DNA from: Octopus vulgaris
Lineage: Eukaryota
Assembly: GCA_951406725.2 (NCBI GenBank)
Contig: OX597823.1
Span: 100,936,001 to 101,000,000, forward strand
Length of the DNA: 64,000 nucleotides
Reading direction: 5' to 3'
The notes under the pieces were generated by a model. That model was not told the origin of the DNA, searched no databases, and saw only the letters and a program-made list of their open reading frames with translations. The position numbers were made by a program, and so were the translations under genes. The number at the start of each line of letters is the position of its first letter. Positions within the stretch are counted from its first letter, which is position 1. This document shows positions 1-11,922 of the stretch, piece after piece.

Positions 1-19
1 TACCTATATATAAATATAC

Positions 20-58
<39 letters not shown>

Positions 59-65
59 CATACAT

Positions 66-123
<58 letters not shown>

Positions 124-203
124 AACTATCTTAATTTTGAACAAAAAAGACGTATAAATAACTGCATCATTTATGGGATGAGCTAATATATATATATATA
201 TAT

Positions 204-416
204 ATCACAATCAAGGAACGGCCATAATAGGCCATTCACCCACTAGAAATAACAGCCAAAAGCTTTAACCGCAAAATAACATCAATTCCGTAAACCAGGA
301 GAAAATTAAAAAACATTTACCCTGGTTTACGGAATTGATGTTATTTTGCGGTTAAAGCTTTTGGCTGTTATTTCTAGTGGGTGAATGGCCTATTATGGCC
401 GTTCCTTGATTGTGAT
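204..416. repeat. Perfect inverted repeat (96-bp arms, 21-nt spacer), probably an inverted Penelope-type terminal fragment
   Basis: 204-299 (ATCACAATCAAGG...TAAACCAGG) is the reverse complement of 321-416. It follows a (TA)n tract and has an unpaired ~100-nt extension (417-518) before the next (TA)n. Confidence 0.85.
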
Positions 417-516
417 GTTGAACTTAAAAATGGTTTATGACTATTTAATTTTTTCCCACTAGGCCGCTGGTGGCAAAAGAATTCTACAAAATTTTTTTTT
501 TTGCCACCCTATATTG

Positions 517-561
<45 letters not shown>

Positions 562-587
562 TCATGTATATATATATATCAATCATC

Positions 588-625
<38 letters not shown>

Positions 626-633
626 TATATATA

Positions 634-1448
634 TCTATATATATAAAAGTGAAGTTGTGTGAGTGTCTGTCTCCTACGATTTAGATTCCTAACTACTCCC
701 ACATTTTGCGGTGCAGTTTAACCAAATTCGGGTATCTTATAGTCGTGATTAATATCGAGCCCGTCTGGGTATTAGCGCGCGTCTACGATGAGTCTACGAT
801 TTTAAAAATAATTTACCATAATTTTTTTCCATTTTAACGCATATTTTTTCGTGTGTCGATGGCGGCGGAGTTGGCGTCCATGCTCACACCTGCACCTGTG
901 TTGCTTCTCCCCCTTCTTCCCTCCCTCGTGAAGCTGTGGGGAAGGGAGTGTAAGGAAATCAACGTCGTAATGCGTTGTCAAGGAGACCAGCGTTCTTTTA
1001 GAACAACGACTTCATGGCTTGAAGTCGCCAAAACAGAAATCGCTAAAAAAACTGAAACAGATCCACAAAAACGGCAAAAACCGCCACACAGGGCAGGTTT
1101 CCTGTGCAAACAATTTGCACAACCGAATGTTTTAGTTGTTGCACAAATCTTTATATAGTCGTGATTCATATCGAGCCCTTCTGGGTATTAGTGCGCGTCT
1201 ACGATAAGTCTACGATTTAAAAAATAATTTACCATAATTTTTTTCCATTTTAATGCATTTTTTTGCTATTATATAAGGGAAGTAACTCTCTAAAAATGTC
1301 TACGATGAGTCAACGATTTAAAAAAATTTACTATAATTTTTTTTCCATTTTTAATGCATTTTTTTGCTATTTTTTGGCTATAACTCTCTAAAAATGCTTT
1401 ATAGTTATTTCCCTTACAAACCCGAGCAACGCCGGGCGATACTGCTAG
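634..1448 (+). mobile_element. Non-autonomous Helitron
   Basis: 5' TC (A|TCTATATATATAAAAG), 3' CTAG|T, and a subterminal hairpin CCCG-AGCAACGC-CGGG. Internal direct repeats (~740-850, ~1155-1270, ~1298-1375). The 3' ~110 bp is shared with 43868-44252. Confidence 0.75.
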
Positions 1449-1471
1449 TATATATATATATATATCATATA

Positions 1472-2103
1472 TATACAAAATTAGAAAATGGAGAAACATA
1501 CTTAAATCAATCAAACATCAACCATCAGATGATACCCAATCAATACTTTATTACACCATTACATAACAGCAAAGGCATTATACAAAATATATTGTAAATA
1601 TAATTAGACAAGGAAATAGAAATATAAAATATAAAATATAATATATAATTATATCATATCTGACAGCTGTTTCGGCCGTAAGGACAAGTATGCCTCATTT
1701 AACCTATAAGCCATATAAGGCAGGTATAAATGAGACATTAACAAGGAAGTCCCACGGCCTCTTCAGAGAATTTAATTTATTATAAGTGTGAAAAAAATTT
1801 TTTTACATATAAATATAAAAATATAAAATATAAAAACGTGTGCATAGACACTCATAATACTACACATATATATATATATACTCATTAATATAATAATACA
1901 AAATAAACAAAATATATCAATATACATTAACAAACACAGTTATTCTACATATTGGGCTTCTAGTTCCAAAACTAACCTACAGGAAAATATGCACACTCAC
2001 ATTTAAATTTAAATCAGACATATACATAAAAAATAATAAAAAAACACACAGTTCAGTTCATAAAATTATAACCCTACAAAAGTCAATAAAAATTACTATT
2101 AAT

Positions 2104-2159
<56 letters not shown>

Positions 2160-2372
2160 CAACCATGTCTGTACCACGTACATCAATCGGACATCTACAT
2201 ATCTATAACTCTAATTCTTCTGTCCGCTTGATATTGATTATTCTAGATTGATTCGATTGGCTTATAGTTTTAAATTTGAATCACAAAAGAAATTTTACGG
2301 TTAGTTAGTCAAGAAACGCACATACGCACACGCACATCCACAGATCAATCGCACATACATACATAATTATAT
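1472..2372 (-). repeat. Inverted pseudo-LTR of Penelope-like element 1 (inverted copy of ~7265-8118)
   Basis: Reverse-complement match along ~900 bp, e.g. AAAATGGAGAAACATACTTAAATCAATC vs GATTGATTTAAGTATGTTTCTCCATTTT. The 1290..1514(-) and 8078..8434(+) ORF starts are identical. Confidence 0.85.
1658..1770 (-). ncRNA. Hammerhead ribozyme motif (type I, extended stem II) in the inverted pLTR
   Basis: Minus strand reads UCU-CUGAAGA-GGCCGUGGGAC...GUCCUUACGGCC-GAA-ACAGCUGU-C-AGA. Stem III is palindromic and the cleavage triplet is GUC. Confidence 0.75.
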
Positions 2373-2500
2373 GTATACACACATACACTCATACACATAC
2401 ATATCCACAAACACATTCAAACACATAAATAAATATAAGTATATTGGATATATGTTATCCCATGGTGGGTTGAATTCTCAACCCCTATCTCATTTTATAT

Positions 2501-2567
<67 letters not shown>

Positions 2568-2666
2568 TATATAAATATCATATATATCATATATACATAT
2601 CATATATATATATATATATATATATATCATCACATATATATCATATATATATATCATCACATATAT

Positions 2667-2709
<43 letters not shown>

Positions 2710-2728
2710 TATATATAAATATATATAT

Positions 2729-2907
2729 ATCCTCGTGCCGGTGGCACATAAAACCACCCACTACACTCACGGAGTGGTTGGTGTTAGGAAGGGCATCAAG
2801 CTGTAGAAACTCTGCCAGATCAGATTGGAGTCTGGTTCGCCAGACCTAAGTCAAATCGTCAAACTCATGGGAAGCGGACGTTAAACGATGATGATGATGA
2901 TGATGAT
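2729..2907 (+). mobile_element. RTE LINE 3' terminal fragment or RTE-tailed SINE with (GAT)n tail
   Basis: CTACACTCACGGAGTGGTTGGTGTTAGGAAGGGCATC...GTTAAACGATGATG matches the 3' end of the RTE copies at ~15700 and ~62750. Confidence 0.7.
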
Positions 2908-3029
2908 ACATATATATATATACATACATATATACTCACACACATATATACATACATATATACATACATATATACACATATATATACATACATATATACA
3001 CACACATATATAAATATATATATATATAC

Positions 3030-6000
3030 CATGAATTACTACACAAAGAAATTACTAAGAAATATAAAATTGTACCTTTTAACACACTTAGAAAACTGAA
3101 CCTTGAGATCAGAGAAATAATGTTGGATTATTACCTAGAAGAAAAAACGGAACCTTATACCCCCACTAGACCGAGAATCACACTCAAGGACCATAATGAA
3201 AACTTTCTTGGTAACACGCAGGTCAGATTGATTTGCCCTACCAAATCTGACTTAGGCAGACTGAGTAAACTTATTCTGGATAAATATCTACCTACTATAC
3301 GTAACAAGATTAAACTTAGCCTTTGAAAGAATACTCAAGGTGCACTGGATTGGTTTTCTGCCATTAAGGTCAGTGATAATAATAGAAGTAAATTCATCCA
3401 ATTTGATATACAAAATTACTACACATCCATAAACCCTATTATATTAAATAAGGCTTTAATTTTTGCTAGGAGACACACTAAATTAAGTATGGGTGAGATT
3501 AGGGTTATCTTAACAGCTAGGAAAACATTAATAGAGTTTGATAACAAACTTTGGGCTAGAAAAGACACACCCAACTTGTTCGACATCACCATGGGATCGC
3601 CGGATTCAGCGGAAGTGACTGATCTGGTTGGGATGTATTTACTAGATAACATTAGTAGGGAATTCCCTGAATTAAAAGGAGGACTATATAGGGATGACGC
3701 TTTATTTTTGGTAAATAATACATCAAATAGGAGACTGGATCTTCTGAAAAAAAGACTAAATAAATTTTTTTAAAGTTTTGGCCTATCCATAATTATTGAA
3801 AATGAAAACTATTCTGCCAATTATTTGGATGTCAATTGCAACCTTACTAATGGGATACATGAACCTTATATTAAATCCAATTCTAACTTAGTATATATAA
3901 ACCGTTCTAGCAATCACCCCCCTCAAATTAAAAGAGCACTAGTGCGTAGCATTAGTCAGAGAATTTCTTATCTATCCTCAAACGGGGACATTTTAATAAG
4001 CATTGTGATAGATATAATACAGCATTGCTGAAAGCAGGATACAAAAGTAAAATATGGTATATACCCAAGGATAATCCTTCAAATGTAGGTGGAACTATTT
4101 GGAACAACGCCAATAGATTTAGGACAAACAATAATAACTGTAAGACAAGAAAAAATAGGATATATAAAAACGCTTATGATAATTATAGAGGTGTTGTTAA
4201 CCTCGGAACTGTTGACGGTAGTTTAAATAAATTAGCGCACATAAGTGATGGTAGTAATATTAATAATACGCATATCAAAACTAATGGTAGGTATGATAAT
4301 AGTAAAGTTTACTTACGTAATAATTATGGGAATATTGATAATGATAGGCATAACAATGACATTATTAAGGATAGTAAACATAGGGGATGGTCGAGGAATA
4401 AGGTTTTTACTAAAAATAACAAGTTGATAGGCAACCCTAATACTGATAAGGATACACTATGGCTAATTATCCCATATGCATTGCAGATAAAAACAGACAT
4501 AGTGAGAGCTTTGCACAATGTAATATTTAGGCATTTTGGTAAGGGTAAGAATAAATTTGGTCATTTAATTAACAATGGAACTGTTAGAATAGGATATAGC
4601 ATTACACACAATCTAGCCACCATCAATCATCTCCTCTTTTAATAACAGGAAACTGGATTACTTCTATAATGATAGAAAGTTGAATTTAGATAATAGGAAT
4701 TTGCCTCTCTATAAAAGTAGGAACAATATATCTTTTGGAGCTAACGCGAACAACCCTCTTACAAATTATGATGGTACCGTACCTGTAAGGAAAAATATTA
4801 ATGTAATGGATGATACTACTACCACCAATACTATTACTATTGATAGGAATATCGCCAATAATGATAAATCAAATCATTCATTGAATTTGGGATTGGATAG
4901 TAAAAATAATTGTAACACTACTAATGGGAATGGTGTTACAGGAATGTTGGCCAATGTTAGATTACCCCAACCTGTTGATAACTGTAATTGCAGAAACAGA
5001 AATAAATGTGTGTTTGGTAATCAATGCCTCAAGAGAGAGGTAGTTTATCAATGCACTGTGGATACACAATTTAGTAGTAGGGTATACATCGGAGCAACTA
5101 TGAATAGCATGAAACAGAGACTTAATTATCATAGATATACTTTTAGAAATAAAAATAGGGTTAAGTGCGTATATTTGGGAACTCAAAAGTAAGAACTTAG
5201 ATTTTAAATTAAATTGGAAAATACTAACTTCTGCACCTGTATATAATGGAAAAAATAAAAAATGCTCTCTATGTATTAATGAAATTTTTTTCATTATCAA
5301 AGCGGGTAGGTCTATTATTAATAACATAAATAAAAAAAAAAGTTTTTGCATTCATAAACTACCGTACATTTTCTCTAGATTTAAATAGAACTTAGCTTTT
5401 CTACTAGTAATATTTTAACTCCCTTCTGTATCTTATTATACTAGTAGTCTTCTACAATTTTAAAACATGCAACTTATAAATTTATAATTTTTTATAATTT
5501 TGTGGCTACATATTTATGTCCTGTATTAATTGTTTTTTGTTTTTGTTTTTTTGTCCTGGTTTATAAGGGAAATACACTGTAGCAAGAAAGAATATATACA
5601 TTTTGGTATATACACAGTAATATGATATTCTTGGAGTTTTCCAAAATTGCAGAGTGTGTATGAGTATCATAGTTAGATACCTGGTTTTAGATACTGTAAT
5701 ACTAATATGTAATAAATGAGTCTATATTGGATTTTGTTTGTTTTGGTTGAGTATATGGGTTTTTGCAGGTATTTATTTGGCAGGCTTATATATTGTATAT
5801 TTAGTGTATCTTTGTACTCACCTAAATTTGTATCTTATGCTATTTATTAATAAACCTATTCATTTACTTACATTTGGCTTTATACATATTAGCAGTCTTA
5901 TATATTTAGTCTATATTTGTACTCATCTTGATTTGTACATTATGTTATTCATCTATTTATTTATTTATTTATTCATTATCTATAGGTAAATGTTTGCATA

Positions 6001-6195
6001 ATAGTAGCCTGTATACTAAGTTTATATATGTACTTTTTTCAATATATATATTCATTTTATTTTATGTTATTTATTTATCTATATACTCTTTTATGCATAT
6101 GTGGATATATGCATATTAGCATTACTATATATTAGGTGTACCTTTGTATTTATCTTAATTTGTTTTCTATGGTATTTATCTATTTATTTATTCAT

Positions 6196-6230
<35 letters not shown>

Positions 6231-7477
6231 TATGTAGATATATACATATCCTTTAGTTATTATAATAAAATATAGATACATGTATACTAGCTTGTACTTA
6301 TATTCTCATTTTAATTTTAATTATTTCATCTTATTTTATTTTATTACATTTTAATCTTAAGTAATTACAATTATTAACTTATGATTAATTTAATTTTTGT
6401 TATTTATTTATATACCATTTTATTGGTAAGTCCCCCACTGATGTTATTTAATGCCAAATCCTGTTAATTATTACATTTGTATTTATGTGTCCACTGATGC
6501 TTAAAAGTATATTTATATATAAGTACTATGAATGCTTACACGCACGTCACATGTGAAAATATATGGTGTGTATGTGTATGTCTGTTGTTACGCATGAGTA
6601 TACTTATGGGCATGTTGATATGAGTGTAATTCTATTAGTTCGTTGGTAAGGGTTTTGATAGATAAATATTAGTATTATAATAACATTGTATTTATTACGT
6701 AGAGATGATATCTATTTATGCTATAAGGAGTTATTTTGTTTATATATCCTAGAATATTAGCGTATTTTGACTTCTTGCAATTAATCTCTTATAATTTAAT
6801 TATTATAAACCGATGTCAACCTAGTATATGTATATTTCTATGTCTTTTGATAGTCAAACGGAAATGTTTAATCTATACTTTATAATTTAGCGTATGTTTG
6901 AATATAACATATAGCGGTTAAGTTAGTAGATGTTTAGTTATAAAATACTATGGCTACGGAAAATACAGTGTCATATGAATTATGTACCTTATGAAAAATT
7001 ACATTCTATGTCTTGATATAATTATATGTATCTTTGCAATTAATGTTTTATGGAAATATATGAGTGGATCTTCTTAGTTAATACCGCGGCCTTGATGTCG
7101 TTTTGGGGGTGCTGGATGTCTGCATGCATGTATGTGCAATCGGTTGGGTTTCTCTGTTTTCCATGTATATAGTTACGATTATACCTCTTATATTATTTAT
7201 TTATTTATTTATGATTTGGCTGTGTATGTGGCTATGTATGTGTATGGGTGTATGTGTGTGTGTATACATATAATTATGTATGTATGTGCGCTGGATCTGT
7301 GGATGTGCGTGTGCGTATGTGCGTTTCTTGACTAACTAACCGTAAAATTTCCATTGTGATTCAAATTTAAAACTATAAGCCAATCGAATCTATCTAGAAT
7401 AATCAATATCAAGCGGACAGATGAATTAGACTTATTGATATGTAGATGTCCGCTTGCTGTACATGGTACAATCATGG

Positions 7478-7520
<43 letters not shown>

Positions 7521-8114
7521 TAATATTAATTTTATTGACTTTTTGTAGGGTTATACATTTTAATGAACTGAACTGTTTTTTTTTATTTATATATATATGT
7601 CTGCTTTAAATTTAAATGTGAGTGTACATGTATTTCCTTAATGTTAGTTATGGAACTAGGAGTCCAATATGGAAAATAACTGTGTTTGTTAATGTATACT
7701 GATATATTTTGTTTATATTGTATTATTGTATTAATGTGTATATATATATGTGTAGAATTATGAGTGTCTATGCACACATTTTTATATTTTATATTTTTAT
7801 ATTTATATGTAAATTTTTTTCACACTTATATTAAATTCTCTGAAGAGGCCATGAGACATCCTTGTTAATGTCTCATTTATACCTGCTTTATATGGCTAAT
7901 AGGTTAAATGAGACATACTTGTCCTCACGGCCGAAACAGCTGTCAGATATGATGTAATTGTAGTTTATATTTCTATTTCCATGTCTAGTTATATTTACAA
8001 TTTATTATGTATAATGTCTTTGCTGTTATGTAATGGTGTAATAAAGTATTGATTGGGTATTATCTGATGGTTGATGATTGATTGATTTAAGTATGTTTCT
8101 CCATTTTCTCATTT

Positions 8115-8118
<4 letters not shown>
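3030..8118 (+). mobile_element. Penelope-like retroelement 1 (5'-truncated, degenerate RT + GIY-YIG, long AT-rich 3' UTR/pLTR); Naiad-like
   Basis: Frameshifted ORFs 3120-5385 carry PLE RT motifs: RITLKDH...VRLICPTKSDLG, FIQFDI, MGSPDSAEVTDLVG, GLYRDD, YINRSSNHPP. These are followed by CNCRNRNKCVFGNQC-VVY...VYIGAT and C-terminal CSLC...FCIHK. Confidence 0.88.
7837..7947 (+). ncRNA. Hammerhead ribozyme motif in the 3' pLTR of Penelope-like element 1
   Basis: CTGAAGA at 7840-7846, GGCC...GGCC closing a long stem II, GAA at 7933, palindromic ACAGCTGT, then C. Predicted cleavage after 7944. Stem I is only 3 bp (TCT/AGA). Confidence 0.72.
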
Positions 8119-8158
<40 letters not shown>

Positions 8159-8360
8159 CATACATATATATATATATACATATACACACACATATATGTA
8201 TATATATATACATATAAACACACATGTATATATATATATATACATACATATATATATATACACATACATGCATACATATATATATATATAAACACACACA
8301 TACATACATATATACACACACATACACATACATACATACATATATACACACACATACACT
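8115..8360. repeat. Compound (TA)n/(CA)n/(TACA)n microsatellite, representative of many in the window
   Basis: Direct inspection. Similar tracts at 1-120, 518-633, 2495-2728, 8840-9110, 46850-47050 and 55748-55810. Confidence 0.95.
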
Positions 8361-8533
8361 CACGGAGTAGATCTACACTCACGGAGTGGTTGGTGTTAGG
8401 AAGGGCATCCAGCTGTAGAAACATTGCCAGATAAGACCGGAGCCTGGTGCAGCCTTCTGGCTTCCCAGATTCCTGGTCAAACCGTCCAACCCATGCTGGC
8501 ACGGAGAACGGATGTTAAACGATGATGATGATA
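8359..8533 (+). mobile_element. RTE 3' terminal fragment or RTE-tailed SINE
   Basis: Same conserved tail as 2729-2907, ending GTTAAACGATGATGATG. Confidence 0.7.
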
Positions 8534-8637
8534 CATACATCTCTTATGATAAAAGGCAGATTTTCTCTGCCTGTTACCATGTTTCTTTTTAATATGATTC
8601 TACAATATAGAATTTCTTCAATTGGAATTTACCTATG

Positions 8638-8759
8638 ATGTGACAGTCCCGTAAGGGAATTACACCACTGCCATTTAGCCCTGTCAAAGCCGACAGGAGA
8701 CATCGATGTTTCCTAGGGCTAAATGGTGGTGGTGTAATTCCCTTACGGGACTGTCACAT
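8638..8759. repeat. Inverted repeat, 45-bp arms, structured 32-nt spacer (MITE-like)
   Basis: 8638-8682 vs 8715-8759 are reverse complements with 2 adjacent mismatches (TG vs CA, consistent with CpG decay). Confidence 0.75.
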
Positions 8760-9120
8760 TGTATTGACAGTAAACGACCACTATATCGCTCCACCACCGC
8801 TTATGTCTCTCTGAGACATTTAGAAATTTAATATTTCTAATATATATACATACATATATATACATATACATACACATACATACATACACATATATTTACA
8901 CATATATATATAAATATACACATACATATATATACACACATACACACACACACACACACATATATATATACTCACATACATATAAATACACACACATACA
9001 TATATATACACATACATATATATACACATACATATATATAAATGTACACATACATATATATAATTACACACATACATATATATATATATACACATACCTA
9101 TATATAAATATACAGATAAA

Positions 9121-10380
9121 TTACAGCATCTCTGCAGTAATTCCTGATGGGTCTGGGGCTTTCCCTGTCTTCATGCTTCTAATTGCCTTAACTACTAAGG
9201 AACTGTCAACTCGGATAGCTGGTCCCTCTGTTGGGTCGACATTCGGTAGACTCTCTTTATCCCATTCATTTTCCTTATTTAGCAGCCTCTCATAATGGTG
9301 TCTCCAAACCTCTCTCTTTGCATCCTCATTCAGTGCAAGTGAGCCATCATCCATGCAAACACATTTCTCTCCTACCACATCACGATTCCCTCTCACACAC
9401 TGTCTTGCAACACAGAATACCTCAAGTCTTTCGTCCTCATGGCGCAGAATATTGGCAAATTTTTTCTTATCTGCTTCCCCTCTGGCTAAATAAAGCTGTT
9501 TCCTAGCTTCTCTTTTGGCAGTCTGATACGATTCCCTGCTACCACCACTCTTCCAGTCCTTCCAAGCCTGTTTCTTTTCTCTAATAGTCCTGTCTACAAC
9601 ATTGTTCCACCACCACGTTATTTTGGGTCAAGAGGGAACTTTGCACCAACCACAGATCTGGTCAGCGACTCTCAGCAGGTTGTCCCTTAGAAACCTCCAG
9701 TTGTCTTCTACCCCATGTGAAGCTATATCCCCTTCTACTTCGTCAAAGGCTTCAAGTAATATGTCCCTAAGTCTCTGTCCATTCGCAGGATCTTTAAGCT
9801 TCCAGATCCATGTTGGTCGTCTTCTGGTCGTCCTCTTAGTCCTGATCCTAAAGTCACTAACTACCAGTCTATGTTGTGGGGTACATTCTTCGCCTGGGAA
9901 GGTTTTGGCATTTATAAGCAGCCTTCTTTCCCTTTTCCTGGCAAGGATGTAGTCAATTTGGCTGGTATGTCAGCCCGATTGGTAGGTGACTAGGTGGCTG
10001 CTGGTAGGTTTCCTGAAGTTAGTGTTGCAAACCATAAGATCATTTGCATCGCAGAACTCCAGCAGCCTGGTTCCCTCCTCGTTGCGGGGGCCATAACCAT
10101 AGCCTCCATGTACACCATGGAAGCCTCCAGCATATCGTCCAACATGACCATTGAAGTCACCAGCCACAAAGAGAAGGTCTCTGTCGTTCGTCAACGAGTT
10201 AGTCTGCAGTAGGGTGTCATAGAATCGGTCTTTCTGTCCATGGGGTAGCCCCGACTGAGGGGCATAGGCCAATATAACAGTTGCTAATCCATGATGAAGC
10301 ACTAATCTAATCTTAAGTATTCTGTCACTTACTCTGATTACCTCTATTACCTTATCTACCCATATTACCTTATCTACCCA
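9121..10380 (-). mobile_element. RTE LINE internal fragment (APE endonuclease + linker), degenerate
   Basis: ORFs with AYAPQSG, VAGDFNGHVG, RNEEGTRLLEF, NTNF, QIDY, and MKTGKAPDPSGITAEML. Confidence 0.85.
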
Positions 10381-10605
10381 TGAAAGAAAAAAGGTGTTCA
10401 GAATGCTGGATGGTTGTAAAAATATATATTTATTTACATATCACATATTATTTCTTCATATTAGCGCTTTCAACTACTCCTGTAGTTTCATCAGATGAAA
10501 CTACAGGAGTAGTTGAAAGCGCTAATATGAAGAAACAATATGTGATATGTAAATAAATATATATTTTTACAACCATCCAGCATTCTGAACACCTTTTTCT
10601 TTCAT
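10380..10605. repeat. Near-perfect palindrome (~113-bp arms, 1-nt loop at 10493) containing a hammerhead core
   Basis: Arms differ by one substitution and a 1-nt indel. The centre reads TTTCATC-A-GATGAAA. Confidence 0.9.
10455..10500 (-). ncRNA. Minimal hammerhead ribozyme motif
   Basis: Minus strand reads CUGAUGA-AACUAC-AGGA-GUAGUU-GAA-AGCGCU-A. Stem II is a perfect 6 bp and stem III is palindromic. Stem I is disturbed by the fold-back. Confidence 0.7.
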
Positions 10606-10641
10606 ATGTTTTAAATCTGTACATCACCCCCAATACTTCTA

Positions 10642-10678
<37 letters not shown>

Positions 10679-10815
10679 GTCAAAAAATGGAGAAAACAGA
10701 CAAGTAAAAGGGAGACTGTATGATACATGTATACGAACAGCCATGCTACATGGCAGTGAATCATGGGCCGTGACTGCTGGTTGAAAGTCACGTTAAATGA
10801 TGATGATGATGATGA

Positions 10816-10856
<41 letters not shown>

Positions 10857-10860
10857 TATA

Positions 10861-10922
<62 letters not shown>

Positions 10923-10934
10923 TACATACATGAA

Positions 10935-11715
10935 CATCATTGTTTAACGTCTAATTTCCATGTTGCCATGTGTTGGATGGTTTAACTGAGGACTGGCTCC
11001 AGGCTCCCATCTGATCTGGCAAGGTTTCTACAGCTTGATGCCCTTCCTAATGCCAACCACTCTGTAGTGTGTGCTTTTTACATGCCACTGGCATGGGAGC
11101 CAGTCAGGTGGCCTTGGCATTGACTACACTCAGATGGTGCTTTTTACGTGTCACTAGCATTGGCATTGGCCAAACTCAAATACTTTTACGTGTCACTGGC
11201 ATAGTTGCCAGTCAGGCAGCACTGGCAATAGCCATGACTATGGTTTCATTTGACCCAACAGGTCTTTTTCAGCACAGCATATTGCTCAACGATTGAAGAG
11301 TACTTTTAAATGGGCCAGTTATGCAACACTAGCATTGGCCATGGCTACGATCTCACTTGGCTTGCCAGGTCTTCTCAAGCACAACATATCTCCAAAGGTC
11401 TCCATCGCTTGTCATTGCCTCTGTAAGGCCCAACATTCAAAGGTTGTGCTTCACCACCTCATCCCATGTCTTCCTGAGTCTACCTCTTTCACAGGCTCCC
11501 TCCACTGCTAGGATGTGACACTTCTTTACACAACTGTCCTCATCCATACACAATACATGACCAGACCAGTCTCTCTGCACACCACATTTGATGCTTCTTA
11601 TGTCCCACTCTTTTCTCAGAGTGCTTACATACTGGCATTACACATCCAGTCAAGCATACTAGCTTCATTTCTTTCAACCCAACACATGTCCTCAGTAGTC
11701 ACAGCCCATGTTTCA
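10935..11715 (-). mobile_element. Old RTE LINE 3' fragment
   Basis: Diverged copy of 15700-16620: same tail, a few ~60-bp UTR repeats, and C-terminal ORF remnants. Confidence 0.7.
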
Positions 11716-11922
11716 AGGAATGTGTTTGTATTGGGCGAATTTTCCAGCCGATAAAAATAGTTGCATTTCTCTCATCAGAGGTACAAGAAAATCGATTATA
11801 ATAGTTTAAAAATTTGAGAACGCTTAAAATACTTTCTACTTATAGAACATGAGGTCATATCAAGTAATGCTATATTTAAAAACATACATACACACATACA
11901 TACATTCATTCATTCATACATA

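Noticed and set aside
3324-3326. In-frame TGA in a Naiad-like Penelope ORF as possible selenocysteine recoding
   Set aside because: It aligns with a Trp (LW in element 2), so it is a TGG>TGA decay. The conserved Cys codons are ordinary TGY, and the ORF has other stops and frameshifts.
6430-6570. Extra hammerheads at two CCACTGATG motifs in the Penelope 3' UTR
   Set aside because: A9 is missing (CTGATGT, CTGATGC) and there is no convincing stem II. At best these are decayed relics.
8026-8502. YIYI/CVCV/HTHT-rich ORFs here and elsewhere
   Set aside because: They are translations of dinucleotide microsatellites.
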